From Phycisphaerales bacterium (GTDB lineage Bacteria; Planctomycetota; Phycisphaerae; SM23-33): a stretch of 46,546 nt of DNA. The stretch is taken from positions 1 through 46,546 of the forward strand of contig JABGPF010000005.1 of the NCBI GenBank assembly GCA_018645065.1, given 5' to 3'. This document shows positions 24,430 to 33,755 of the stretch, in pieces. A model generated the notes under the pieces. That model did no database searches, was not told where the DNA came from, and saw only the letters and a program-made list of their open reading frames with translations. The translations under genes and the position numbers were made by a program. The first letter of the stretch is position 1. Each line of letters opens with the position of its first letter.

Positions 24430-25394
24430 TTGGTTTTGTCTTTCTTCTTCAGCGGAATGGCCTTGTCGACCTGGATGACGCTTTGTGCGGGAATTTCGCT
24501 CGGCAGGTTGCTCAGGAATTCGCAGACCTCGATATCCCACATCTCTTCATCAGTGGTCATCTGCGATAGTTTCAGGTGGACTGCGTTTGTCTTCTGCTGG
24601 CGATCGTTGAACCAGGTGATGGTGATATCGGTCGGCATGACAGGCGCTGCTGCCGGCGGATTTGTCATACTGGCGATATCGATCGGTTGATAATCGCTCA
24701 CTTCGGCGGTCATTACTTTCCGGCCTAGAGCGTTGTAGAAGTTCACTTCTTCGAGGCGCCGGGGTTTGTCGTCGCCCCAGGTGAATCGGTATTCTCTGCG
24801 TTGCAGGAGATGTTTGCTCACCGGTTGACGGTTAACGTATCTCAGCACGTAGGCGTATTCACCGGGCGTTGTGTCCATTTGCAGCGTGACGGCCGGTGTT
24901 TTGCTCTGGTCGGCCGGTAGTTGGCAGATTCCCAGAACCGCCTGAAGGCCCGTTGGGTCTATGGGAAGCTGTCTTATTCCCGGCGCGCCGGCCAGTTCCA
25001 GATGTCCCCACATGGCCAGTTTTTTGGGCATCAGAGCCCACATGTAGTAGGCCTTGTCCTTCAGACTCGTCCCGACGCGCATGACCTGCTGGCTCATTTC
25101 GCGTCCGATGAGAACCATGTCGCCGGGGGCCAGCGGATTTTTACCCTTCTTCATTCGCAGCAAACCGTTGGGCGAACTCCACAGCGTAAGCCCGAGCCCC
25201 GTTATGTCATGGTACTCGATATAATCGATTTCCGCATACGCCGCCAGCATCTTAACGCCCGACGCGTTGGTGTTGTATTCCGAGACAAGCTGGCCCAGAG
25301 TGATCTGCGTGTTTGGGATTGGCGGTGTGCACCCGCCAGCGGCGACGAGTAAAAGTGCAAGCAGCACGAGGCTTGTTTGACGCAATTTGATCAT
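24426..25394 (-). CDS. Hypothetical lipoprotein
   Basis: 322-aa ORF with signal peptide and lipobox LLVAAGGC. Both its start and its stop overlap the neighbouring genes by 4 nt. I recognised no family with confidence; a LolA/LolB-like fold is only a guess. Confidence 0.65.
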   Translation of the reverse strand: MIKLRQTSLVLLALLLVAAGGCTPPIPNTQITLGQLVSEYNTNASGVKMLAAYAEIDYIEYHDITGLGLTLWSSPNGLLRMKKGKNPLAPGDMVLIGREMSQQVMRVGTSLKDKAYYMWALMPKKLAMWGHLELAGAPGIRQLPIDPTGLQAVLGICQLPADQSKTPAVTLQMDTTPGEYAYVLRYVNRQPVSKHLLQRREYRFTWGDDKPRRLEEVNFYNALGRKVMTAEVSDYQPIDIASMTNPPAAAPVMPTDITITWFNDRQQKTNAVHLKLSQMTTDEEMWDIEVCEFLSNLPSEIPAQSVIQVDKAIPLKKKDKTK

Positions 25395-25909
25395 TGAAAG
25401 TCGCCTTCCATTATCTCACCGAGGCTGTCGCTGACTTCGGCGATCTGGTCTTCGTCCAGTTTGGGGTCGATCACTAGCTGCTCTTCGGGTTCGGGGCCTG
25501 CGCCTTTGAAGTGCATCGACCAGACTTCCTGGCCTTCGTCGTTGACTCCCATGCGATCGTATATCAGGATCTTCTTACGCATCAGCACTAGCGCCAAAAC
25601 GTAGCGGAAGTTGATTTTCGACGGTTCTTCGCTATCGGAAAGGCGTTCGAAAAGGTTCACCAGCAAGTCGTTGCTCACCAGGAGTTTCTTCTTCTCTTCG
25701 GGATGCGGTACGACGGTTCGCCATTTGCAGAGAACCGCTTTGGTGGCTTCTTCCGACAGCGATTCGGCGCACTTGTCGCAGTAATCGTTTCGGATAAGTT
25801 CGTCCTGCCCCTCGGAAACCGTAGCCGTGAATTCCGTGCCCGGTTCGAGTTGCGTTTCACATTCGGAGCATTGCCCGCTTGTCTTGCGAATATTGTAGTC
25901 TTTGGCCAT
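25391..25909 (-). CDS. Hypothetical protein with an N-terminal CxxC...CxxC zinc-ribbon
   Basis: 172-aa ORF with GQCSECETQL...DYCDKCAES at the N-terminus and an acidic C-terminal half. Its stop overlaps the start of the downstream lipoprotein gene by 4 nt. Confidence 0.7.
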   Translation of the reverse strand: MAKDYNIRKTSGQCSECETQLEPGTEFTATVSEGQDELIRNDYCDKCAESLSEEATKAVLCKWRTVVPHPEEKKKLLVSNDLLVNLFERLSDSEEPSKINFRYVLALVLMRKKILIYDRMGVNDEGQEVWSMHFKGAGPEPEEQLVIDPKLDEDQIAEVSDSLGEIMEGDFQ

Positions 25910-25937
25910 TTTGCGTTATTCGTGCTTAAAACGCCCG

Positions 25938-26564
25938 TTAAGGGAGCATTTCTCTGGTTGCTTCTTCGGTTTGTGTGTGTATCGTTCTGGCACGGGCCAG
26001 GTCGTTTTGCGAGGCTTTTCTTATCTCGTCGGCGGCGGCCTGATCGGCTAGGTTCGGAAGGTTTATTCTAACGTTATAGTCGCTCAGCGTGGCTGCTGCA
26101 ACTGCAAGCGCCCCGGCCGCCAGCAAATCGGTTATCAACCACTTGTTGCACTTGCCGGCGAGTTCCTGCATGTCTTCCAGCAGCGCTAACGCCGCTCGGG
26201 TTGTTTTCCGCGGTACGTCTATTGCTGCGGCTGTTGCTTTTTCGACCGCTCGGGTTTTGTTCTCACCGTCCGGGAGGCGGTTGGCCTCCTGGTAGGCTCG
26301 GTATGCGGCGATATCGTATCGCACCAGATCGAGCATTCCATCGCGAGTGTCTTCGAGCCGTTGGGTGAGTTCCGCGTAATACGGTTCGTGCTCAGCAAGG
26401 GACTTTTTGCCCTTGGAGAAGTTCAGTGTCATCGATCCAAGCGCCGCGCCAAGTGCGCCCACAACACCAGCTACGCTGCCTCCGCCGGGAGTGGGGGTTT
26501 TGGCGGCTGTTGCGTTTGCAAACTCCAGGACGGTATTGGTAAGTACGTCATTTTCGAGGGTCAT
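25938..26564 (-). CDS. Cyclodeaminase/cyclohydrolase family protein (FTCD C-terminal domain-like)
   Basis: The N-terminal block FANATAAKTPTPGGGSVAGVVGALGAALGSM is the hallmark of the formiminotransferase-cyclodeaminase C-domain family. The rest is all-helical. Its start overlaps the M16 stop by 4 nt. Confidence 0.85.
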   Translation of the reverse strand: MTLENDVLTNTVLEFANATAAKTPTPGGGSVAGVVGALGAALGSMTLNFSKGKKSLAEHEPYYAELTQRLEDTRDGMLDLVRYDIAAYRAYQEANRLPDGENKTRAVEKATAAAIDVPRKTTRAALALLEDMQELAGKCNKWLITDLLAAGALAVAAATLSDYNVRINLPNLADQAAADEIRKASQNDLARARTIHTQTEEATREMLP

Positions 26565-29449
26565 TTGCTTTTGGAGCCTTTCTCGAGCAGTTCCGGTTTC
26601 GGTGTTGTTACTGTTATTACGTACCCGCCGCTGAGGTATTTTTCGGCCACTCGCGACACGTCGGCCGGGGTGACTTTTCGATAGTGACTTTCGATTTTAC
26701 TGCGGAAATCATACCCGAATCCGTACAGTTCATCCAATGCGGCGCCCAGTGACAGCTCCGACATAGACTGGCTTCCGAGTAGTTCGGCGGTCAGGATGCT
26801 GTTCACCGCTTCGTCGATTTTCTTCTGTGTGGGCACGTGTCGCGCGGCTCGGCGATAGTTTTTTGTGATGATATCGACGATTTGGGCGGCGTTTTCCGGT
26901 TGGCCTGCGGCGTAGGTCATGAAGGCTCCCGGCGCCAGTCCAGCCCAGTTGTAAGCGTGGACAACGTAGACAAGCTGCTTACCGCGAAGTTCGCTGTGCA
27001 GCCAGCCTGAGGGGAGTCGATATCCGCTGATGATCGCGTCGAGCACGGTGAGTGCGAAGCGGTCTTCGCGGTTTGTGATCTTCATGCTCGGTGCGGCTAC
27101 GATTACCGCGGCGACCTTGTTGGTCGTTTTCAGTGTGTGCAGTTCACCTTCTTTTGCGACTTTGCGTGCCTGGATTTTCTGCGTCAGTGAGTCGAGGCTC
27201 CACTTGCTGCGGGCGGGCATGTCACCGAATATTTTCTCGACTTGCTTGCGAGCGGCGGTGGGGTCGAAGTTACCGTAAATGGTGAGTACTCCGCGCTGCT
27301 CGCCGGCCGGTGCGATATGCTTGGCGTAATAATTTCGCACGTCGGCGGGGGAGGCTTTGGTGATAACGTTTTTATCGCCCGAAGAGAGCATCGCGTAGGG
27401 CGAGTTGGTGAAGAATTTCGAGCGGAAGAACTTTCTAAGCTGCGTGCTCCATGTTTCGTCGGTGCGCTTAATCGCCGCCAGTATTTTGGGCTTCAGGATG
27501 TCGAGTTCAGACTGTTCGAATTTCGGTTTGTTGACCACTTCGCCCAGTATTTCCAGGGCTTTTGGGAAGCTGTCTTGAAGGACCGTAGCCTGCCAGTACA
27601 AAGCATTGTTCCCGCAGTTGCCCGAGATTCCACCACCGGCCTGGGCGAAGAATTCATCGATCTGCTTGGCTGTGAAGTTTTCGGCGCCCCTGGTCGACAG
27701 GGAGCTCATCAATGCGCCCATTCCATTTGTTTCGGGCGTCTCAGCCAGGATCCCGCCTTTCACCGCGAACGTCATTGAGACCAGGCCAACTGCGGTGCTG
27801 GGCTGAAGAACTACTTTCAGGCCGTGTTTGTTGGTGAACGTCACGGGCTTGGTCGCTACGGCCGCTGTTTCTGTTGCCTGTTTGTCGTCAGTTTTAACGA
27901 CCGGCGGGATGAGTCGGGTTATCACCATTCGATCGAACGTGAAATACTTTTTCGCCACGGCTTGTACTTGCGCGGGCGTTACGCTCTGGATGCGATCGGT
28001 GTAGTTTTTCGAGAAGCTCGCGTCGCCGGTTGACAGGAAATCTTTTGCGATCTGGCTGGCGATATCTTCGGCGGTTTGCTGGCTGTATGCTAATTCGGCG
28101 ATTTTCTGTCGTTTCGCCCGTGTTAGTTCGGCGTCTGAGACACCGTTTTCGACTACTTTTTTCAGTTCTGCGAGGATGGCTTTTTCTGCGGCGTCGGCGT
28201 TTTTGGGTTCCGACCGGAACGAGATACCGAAGTATCCTTTTCCCCATTGTGGGGTCCACGAACTTGCCGAGACGGAGGTTACGAGTTTCTGCTGGCGTTC
28301 TACGGCCTGGACGAGTCTGCTTGCCTGCCCTTGGGACAGCACGAAGCTCAGGACGTCCAGTGCGTAAAGGTCCTTGTCGGTCAGGGAGATGGTTTGGAAG
28401 TCGATTTCCTGCCTGGTGTCTTTAAGTGCTTTGTGCACCTGGACGGCGCGTCTGATATTTGCCGGTGATTTCACATCGGGCAAGAGCAGGTCGGGTTGTT
28501 TGCGGCGTTTGAAATTGAGCGTCGCTTTGCATACTTGCTTGAGCACGGCGTCTACATCCACATCGCCGACCACGCAGAAGACCATGTTCTGCGGTACGTA
28601 CATTTTGCGGTGATAGTCCAGAACGTCCTGGTGGGTCACTTTCGCCAGCACCGGCGCGAACCCGATGGTCGGCACCGAAGCGGGGTGTCCTGAGTAGCAG
28701 TTGGCCGATGTCGCATACCACATCTGGCGACGCGGATCGTCTTTACCCATCTCCAATTCGCGTTGGACCACGCCGTGTTCACGCTGGAAATCTTTTTTCG
28801 TGATCGCCGCTTTAGTCATCCAATCTGCGATCAGGTCGACGCATAGCTCGGTTTTCGACGAGGCGGCGGAGATGTAGTAACACGTGTGATCCAGCGTGGT
28901 GTAGGCGTTTGACTGCCCTCCGATCTGCGTGATACGATCTGTGGTGGCCTCCTCGCCTCCGGCGTTATTGATAGCCTCACCAGCCACCAGATGCTCCAAC
29001 AAATGGCTCAAGCCGCATCCGAGCCACTTGCCTTCGTACATCCCGCCAGCCCGAACGTAGGCCTGGACGCAAACCACAGGCGAGGTGCGCGTCGGTTTGA
29101 TAATGACGGTCATTCCGTTGGTCAGTTCGGCGATTGTGGTATCGTCGGTAATTATGCGTCTTACTACCGGTAGTTCGGTTTTTGCAGCTAGCGCCGCGGC
29201 GACTGCTACAGGTTTTACGGGCTTTACCGGCGATGCTGGGGGAGTGAGAGGTTTTGCAACCGGCGTGGTTTTTACGGGCGTTACCGCTGGCGCGGGCGTT
29301 TTGGGGAGTCCGTCCTCTGCTATTTGCGCCGCTAAGCGATCAAGCTTATTTTGACGCTGCGCTTCGGGCGCTTCACATCCGGGCAAGGTTAACATCGCCA
29401 CAGCCGTTACTGCGAGAGTTATTGCGGTGAGCATTGAGGTCCGTCGCAT
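26561..29449 (-). CDS. M16 (pitrilysin/insulinase) family zinc peptidase lipoprotein, double-module
   Basis: 962-aa ORF with lipobox LTLPGC and a Pro/Val/Ala/Lys-rich linker. The inverted zinc motif HxxEH is in GLSHLLEHLV. A second, inactive-type M16 module forms the C-terminal half. Confidence 0.9.
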   Translation of the reverse strand: MRRTSMLTAITLAVTAVAMLTLPGCEAPEAQRQNKLDRLAAQIAEDGLPKTPAPAVTPVKTTPVAKPLTPPASPVKPVKPVAVAAALAAKTELPVVRRIITDDTTIAELTNGMTVIIKPTRTSPVVCVQAYVRAGGMYEGKWLGCGLSHLLEHLVAGEAINNAGGEEATTDRITQIGGQSNAYTTLDHTCYYISAASSKTELCVDLIADWMTKAAITKKDFQREHGVVQRELEMGKDDPRRQMWYATSANCYSGHPASVPTIGFAPVLAKVTHQDVLDYHRKMYVPQNMVFCVVGDVDVDAVLKQVCKATLNFKRRKQPDLLLPDVKSPANIRRAVQVHKALKDTRQEIDFQTISLTDKDLYALDVLSFVLSQGQASRLVQAVERQQKLVTSVSASSWTPQWGKGYFGISFRSEPKNADAAEKAILAELKKVVENGVSDAELTRAKRQKIAELAYSQQTAEDIASQIAKDFLSTGDASFSKNYTDRIQSVTPAQVQAVAKKYFTFDRMVITRLIPPVVKTDDKQATETAAVATKPVTFTNKHGLKVVLQPSTAVGLVSMTFAVKGGILAETPETNGMGALMSSLSTRGAENFTAKQIDEFFAQAGGGISGNCGNNALYWQATVLQDSFPKALEILGEVVNKPKFEQSELDILKPKILAAIKRTDETWSTQLRKFFRSKFFTNSPYAMLSSGDKNVITKASPADVRNYYAKHIAPAGEQRGVLTIYGNFDPTAARKQVEKIFGDMPARSKWSLDSLTQKIQARKVAKEGELHTLKTTNKVAAVIVAAPSMKITNREDRFALTVLDAIISGYRLPSGWLHSELRGKQLVYVVHAYNWAGLAPGAFMTYAAGQPENAAQIVDIITKNYRRAARHVPTQKKIDEAVNSILTAELLGSQSMSELSLGAALDELYGFGYDFRSKIESHYRKVTPADVSRVAEKYLSGGYVITVTTPKPELLEKGSKSK

Positions 29450-29520
29450 AATATTGCTCCGATTCAGGGATTTTTGTTACCGAACTCTGTTTGGTAGTCG
29501 TACATGGTTCGGTGTTGGAG

Positions 29521-30003
29521 TCAGGCGTCGTTATTTTCGACCTGGGTCAGATACGCCAGGGTCCTGTCGAGTTCGCTCTGTAGATGTTTGACTCTCAGCA
29601 GGCTTTTCACTCGCGTGGTAAGTTCCAGGCGATTCACCGGTTTGGTGATGAAATCGTCTGTCCCGCTTTCCACGCCCCGTTCGATATCCGTAAGTTCATT
29701 CAGAGCGGTCACCATTATCACGGGAATGTCGCGCGTGGTGGGGTCTGACTTGATCTTGCGGCATACTTCGAATCCGCTCATTCTGGGCATCATTATGTCC
29801 AGCAGGATGAGATCCGGTTTCTCAGCGGCGATTTTCTCCAACGCATCGACCCCGTCAAACGCTGTAACCACCGGGCATTTGAGCGATTCGAGGTACGCCA
29901 CCAGCAGCTCGAGATTCTGTTCGTTATCGTCGACGACCAGTATCTTGCTGTCGGCGATCATGGCGTCGGTGTTGTCGGTTGTATCATTTACGTTCATGTT
30001 CAT
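29521..30003 (-). CDS. Single-domain response regulator (CheY-like receiver)
   Basis: I chose the ATG at 30003 (MNMNVNDTTD...). The receiver motifs are ILVVDDNEQNLELL, DLILLDIMMPRMSG, VIMVTA and DFITKP. No output domain is present. Confidence 0.88.
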   Translation of the reverse strand: MNMNVNDTTDNTDAMIADSKILVVDDNEQNLELLVAYLESLKCPVVTAFDGVDALEKIAAEKPDLILLDIMMPRMSGFEVCRKIKSDPTTRDIPVIMVTALNELTDIERGVESGTDDFITKPVNRLELTTRVKSLLRVKHLQSELDRTLAYLTQVENNDA

Positions 30004-30180
30004 ATAAAACTCTCCAAATCGCCTGGGCAATATCCACAGGCAAGTATCGTATAAGCATACACATCCCGCAGTAACAAGGCAATAAGGCAGATAATTGATC
30101 GCAGACAACTGTATCTTAATCGTGAAGTTAAGGCCTACAGTCTAAAGGGCTGATAGTAGAAAGGAACAAGTGTGCGTCAT

Positions 30181-30399
30181 TCAGGAAACCCATTGAAGTT
30201 CCAGTGAACGGTGAGATTCCACGCAATCTCGTAAGTAGAGATTGATTAGTTTCTGGTAGGGGATGCCCGTTTCTTCTGACATCGCCTTGAAGTAGTCAAT
30301 GATATCAACTCCCATACGGATAGTGACCTGCTTTTTAAGGCTTTTGGCGTATGGGTTCTTTCGCCCCTTCATTTTCGAAAAATCGTATTCCTTTTTCAT
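30181..30399 (-). CDS. brnA: BrnA-type (RHH/CopG-like) antitoxin, copy 1
   Basis: 72-aa ORF MKKEYDFSKMKGRKNPYAKSLKKQVTIRMGVDIIDYFKAMSEETGIPYQKLINLYLRDC, matching the BrnA antitoxin pattern. It is 71/72 aa identical to copy 2. Confidence 0.8.
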   Translation of the reverse strand: MKKEYDFSKMKGRKNPYAKSLKKQVTIRMGVDIIDYFKAMSEETGIPYQKLINLYLRDCVESHRSLELQWVS

Positions 30400-30495
30400 T
30401 TTGCACTTACGGGGTGATTTTCCGTTCTTTTTTCTCTCTGTTTACGGATTTAATCCGAGCTCGGGTTATGCGTTGTTCGGGCTGAGTGGTTGAAG
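30400..30495 (-). pseudogene. Degenerate 3' remnant of a brnT toxin gene
   Basis: The minus strand immediately upstream of brnA copy 1 reads ...GAAAATCACCCCGTAAGTGCAAAATGA (ENHPVSAK*). The intact brnT ends ...ENYPGSAK*. The same ATGA overlap with brnA is retained. Further upstream a 1-nt indel and an in-frame TAA break the frame, and only ctcagcccg is shared. Confidence 0.5.
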
Positions 30496-30786
30496 CTATT
30501 TCGATGATTCCAGGGAGCGTCGTTCCATGAGTATCTCTCGTCCCAGAAAAAGCTTTACCAGGCTCTGGTAAGGAATGTCTTTCTTGTGGGCGAGAATCTT
30601 CAATTGCTCAAGCATGTGTTCCGGAAGTCGAATGGAGATAGATTTTAGCGTAGGCTTGAGATTTGGAAATGCTCCTTGCCTGGCCGAATCAATATCCATG
30701 AAGTCCAAAGGAGAGTTCTTTGACCAAAACTCTCGTTCATGGTCCTCAGTCTTGAATAACGGTATTTTTTTACGAGTGCTTTTCAT
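30496..30786 (-). CDS. CopG-family (PF12441-like) antitoxin
   Basis: The ATG at 30786 has a ggagagag RBS. The sequence MKSTRKKIPLFKTEDHEREFWSKNSPLDFMDIDSARQGAFPNLKPTLKSISIRLPEHMLEQLKILAHKKDIPYQSLVKLFL matches the pattern I recall for this antitoxin family. Confidence 0.8.
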   Translation of the reverse strand: MKSTRKKIPLFKTEDHEREFWSKNSPLDFMDIDSARQGAFPNLKPTLKSISIRLPEHMLEQLKILAHKKDIPYQSLVKLFLGREILMERRSLESSK

Positions 30787-30815
30787 AGAATCTTCTCTCT
30801 CCGTACTGCAAGTAC

Positions 30816-31034
30816 TCAGGAAACCCATTTAAGTTCCAGTGAACGATGAGATTCCACGCAGTCTCGCAAATAGAGATTGATTAGTTTTTGGTAGGGGATG
30901 CCCGTCTCTTCAGACATGGCCTTGAAGTAATCGATAATATCGACGCCCATACGGATAGTGACCTGCTTTTTAAGGCTCTTGGCGTATGGGTTCTTTCGCC
31001 CCTTCATTTTCGAAAAGTCATATTCTTTTTTCAT
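30816..31034 (-). CDS. brnA: BrnA-type antitoxin, copy 2 (cognate position after brnT)
   Basis: The ATG at 31034 overlaps the brnT stop as ATGA. The 72-aa product differs from copy 1 only by Q68K. The N-terminal part of track ORF 30816-31130 is brnT read in another frame. Confidence 0.85.
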   Translation of the reverse strand: MKKEYDFSKMKGRKNPYAKSLKKQVTIRMGVDIIDYFKAMSEETGIPYQKLINLYLRDCVESHRSLELKWVS

Positions 31035-31324
31035 TTTGCACTTCCAGGGTAATTTTCTCGTTCTTTTTTTGTAGCTTTGCGGGCTGAGATGATCCTTATC
31101 GTGGAAGCGTTCTGGCGATAGCAATGACACACGACAAGGACTCTAAGATGCGCACTGAGCCCAAGCATAATGAACCTGTCTTCTGATTCAGAATGTATAG
31201 GATCAAAAAATTCTATTGCATCCTCATCAAAAAAGACTGATTGAGCTTCCTCAAAAGAAACACGATGTTTCTTTTGATTGGCCTTGTTCTTCTTCTCGTC
31301 CCATAAAAAGGATATCTTGTTCAC
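31031..31324 (-). CDS. brnT: BrnT-family toxin (ribonuclease toxin of type II TA)
   Basis: FLWDEKKNKANQKKHRVSFEEAQSVFFDEDAIEFFDPIHSESEDRFIMLGLS...IRIISARKATKKERENY matches the BrnT pattern. I chose the GTG at 31324, which gives 97 aa and sits directly behind a TATAAT. The track start at 31417 adds 31 non-homologous residues. The start is uncertain. Confidence 0.8.
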   Translation of the reverse strand: MNKISFLWDEKKNKANQKKHRVSFEEAQSVFFDEDAIEFFDPIHSESEDRFIMLGLSAHLRVLVVCHCYRQNASTIRIISARKATKKERENYPGSAK

Positions 31325-31462
31325 AATTATAATGTAAATACAATGTAGTGCGATTTCAAGAGGCGATGTGATAATTTTTCTCCTCGTACCACGCAGAGTT
31401 AAAATTCTTAACCCCATTAGCTGTAATGGACTGTTGGCTACAGAGGTCTGTGCGGATAGTAT

Positions 31463-33733
31463 GTGCGTATGTCTCGCTTGTTTGAAGAACCTGAATCCGT
31501 GGTCAAGGCGCCGGCTCGCTCCGATAGCGGGCAGGTGATTGTGGGCGTTGCGGTGGCTGCAAATGTGTGGTCAGGCTACGATTACGTTTGGCCCGAGCGA
31601 CTTGGAACGCCCAAAATCGGCCAGCGGGTTAAAGTGTCGTTCGGGCGCGGCGGGCGGATGACTATCGGAGTAGTCGTGCGAACCGAAGGCCATGCCAGTG
31701 ATCGAAAACTTAAAGTCGTCGGGGACCTGATAGACGCCGAATCACCCTTCGACCCGGTAAGATGGGAACTGGGCAACTGGATAAGCCGCTACTACTTAAG
31801 CCCGCTGGGGATGACGCTTACTGCGATGATACCCTCTGCCGTTGGAAAACACGCACCGCGAACAGAGACTGTAGTATTCCTGGACGCCGAAGAAAAAGAT
31901 ATCCCTTCCTCGCTGGGAGCCAGGCAAAAACGCGTTCTGGACGAACTGCTCGAAGCACGCATCCAGGGGATCGAACCGCTGGGCCTGAAAAATCTCATGA
32001 ACCACAGCGGGGCGTCCCGCAACACGATAAGTCGCCTGAAAGACCGCGAGCTCATACGCACCGAATCTCGCCCGGTCACCATAGAAGACATGAATCCCGC
32101 CGCGATGGAGCCCGACGCCATCGAACCCAACGAGCATCAACAGACCGTTATAGACCAGATCGCCAGCCGTCTGGGCGAAGGCTTCTCGGCGATGCTGCTG
32201 CACGGGGTTACCGGCAGCGGGAAAACCGAAGTTTACATCCGCGCGATTCGCAAGGTGGTCGCCGCCGGTAAGCAGGCGATTGTCCTGGTGCCCGAGATCG
32301 CGCTGGCCACCCAAACTTTGCAGCGTCTGGTGCGGCGCCTTCCGCGAGTGGCGGTTCTGCACAGCGGACTCACCGACACCCAGCGAGCGTTTTACTATCA
32401 GCAGATTCGTCTCGGGCACGCTGCGGTGGTTGTGGGCCCGCGAAGTGCGATTTTCGCTCCGACGCCGAATCTCGGCCTGATAGTGGTCGATGAAGAGCAT
32501 GAATCGTCATACAAGCAGGATACCGCACCGAGATATCACGGTAGGGACGTCGCGGTTATGCGTGCCTCGCTCGAAAAAGTTCCGATCGTTCTAGGCTCAG
32601 CCACTCCGTCCCTGGAATCGCTGCACAACGTTCACAGAAAACGATACGAACTTCTGAAACTCCCGGTCCGCGTGCGTTCGCTTCCCATGCCGAGTTTGAA
32701 GATCGTCAGTTTGCGGCAGGAGATCAGGCCCGGTAAGGTCGAACTTCTCGGCAGGACGCTCACCCAGCAACTCGCGGTAACGCTCGACGCCGGTCAGCAG
32801 GCGATTTTGCTGATGAACCGTCGCGGGTTCGCCAGTTTTGTTTTCTGCCCGAGTTGCAAATGGGAACTCGGTTGCGATAACTGCACCAGGCCGATGGTGT
32901 TCCACCAGGCCACCGAGATGGCGATATGTCATTACTGTCAGGGTTCGGTAGGCGTTCCAGACCGCTGCCCGGCGTGCGGTGGTAAGTTGCTGCTGTTCGG
33001 TATGGGGATTCAGCGCGTCGAGAACGAGTTGGGCAGGAAATTTCCCGGCGCGAAATTCGCACGCGTCGATTCCGACACTATGACCTCGCCCAAGCAGTTC
33101 AAAAAAGTGTTCGATGATTTTTCGTCCGGGGAGCTGGACATTCTTCTCGGTACGCAGATGGTTGGTAAGGGATTGGACTTCCCTGGCGTTTCGCTGGTTG
33201 GCGTTTTGTCGGCCGATACCGCGCTGCAAATGCCCGATTTCCGCGCCGCTGAGCGTACGTTCCAGCTTATTGTTCAGGTTGCCGGGCGTGCGGGGCGTTC
33301 TGATCTGCCCGGGCGGGTGGTGGTCCAAACGCTGCACCCTGACGAACCGTCGATTATTTACGCATCGCAGCACGATTACAACGGTTTCGCCGAGATCGAA
33401 ATGTCTCAGCGCAGCGAGGCCAACTTGCCTCCGTTTTCCCGCATGATTCGCTTTGTGGTTCGTCACGAGAAGGCCAACAAGGCCCAGGACGGCGCCGACG
33501 AACTGGCCCGAGCACTTCGCGTATTGCTACCGGCTGAGCGAATATTCATGATGGGGCCCGCCCAAGCTGGTATAATCAAGCTGCGCAAGATGTTCCGCTA
33601 CGAAATTACGGTAACCCCGCTGTCTGGTCCGTCCGGATGGGTGCAAAATGTGCTGTATCCGCAGATGGGCTCGTTGTCTCGGAGCAATCCCGCCGAAGTA
33701 GTGATAGACGTTGACCCGATGAACCTAATGTAA
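31463..33733 (+). CDS. priA: Primosomal protein N' (replication restart helicase PriA)
   Basis: Walker A is GVTGSGKTEVY and the DEEH box is VVDEEHESSYKQ. The Cys-rich zinc insertion is CPSCKWELGCDNC...CHYCQ...CPACGG. Helicase motif VI is QVAGRAGR. Confidence 0.93.
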   Translation: MRMSRLFEEPESVVKAPARSDSGQVIVGVAVAANVWSGYDYVWPERLGTPKIGQRVKVSFGRGGRMTIGVVVRTEGHASDRKLKVVGDLIDAESPFDPVRWELGNWISRYYLSPLGMTLTAMIPSAVGKHAPRTETVVFLDAEEKDIPSSLGARQKRVLDELLEARIQGIEPLGLKNLMNHSGASRNTISRLKDRELIRTESRPVTIEDMNPAAMEPDAIEPNEHQQTVIDQIASRLGEGFSAMLLHGVTGSGKTEVYIRAIRKVVAAGKQAIVLVPEIALATQTLQRLVRRLPRVAVLHSGLTDTQRAFYYQQIRLGHAAVVVGPRSAIFAPTPNLGLIVVDEEHESSYKQDTAPRYHGRDVAVMRASLEKVPIVLGSATPSLESLHNVHRKRYELLKLPVRVRSLPMPSLKIVSLRQEIRPGKVELLGRTLTQQLAVTLDAGQQAILLMNRRGFASFVFCPSCKWELGCDNCTRPMVFHQATEMAICHYCQGSVGVPDRCPACGGKLLLFGMGIQRVENELGRKFPGAKFARVDSDTMTSPKQFKKVFDDFSSGELDILLGTQMVGKGLDFPGVSLVGVLSADTALQMPDFRAAERTFQLIVQVAGRAGRSDLPGRVVVQTLHPDEPSIIYASQHDYNGFAEIEMSQRSEANLPPFSRMIRFVVRHEKANKAQDGADELARALRVLLPAERIFMMGPAQAGIIKLRKMFRYEITVTPLSGPSGWVQNVLYPQMGSLSRSNPAEVVIDVDPMNLM

Positions 33734-33755
33734 CCCGTGCAATGAAAGCATCACC

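Noticed and set aside
29477-29512. Hairpin accgaac...gttcggt between the receiver gene and the M16 gene as a terminator
   Set aside because: The 7-bp stem has a 21-nt loop and no U-run on the transcribed (minus) strand. It is too weak to annotate.
30170-31470. Direct repeats flanking the TA islet (gtgtgcgt at about 30170 and atgtgcgt at about 31456) as attachment or target-duplication sites
   Set aside because: Only a 7-nt match (tgtgcgt) is shared, which is compatible with chance. There is no integrase or tRNA at the borders.
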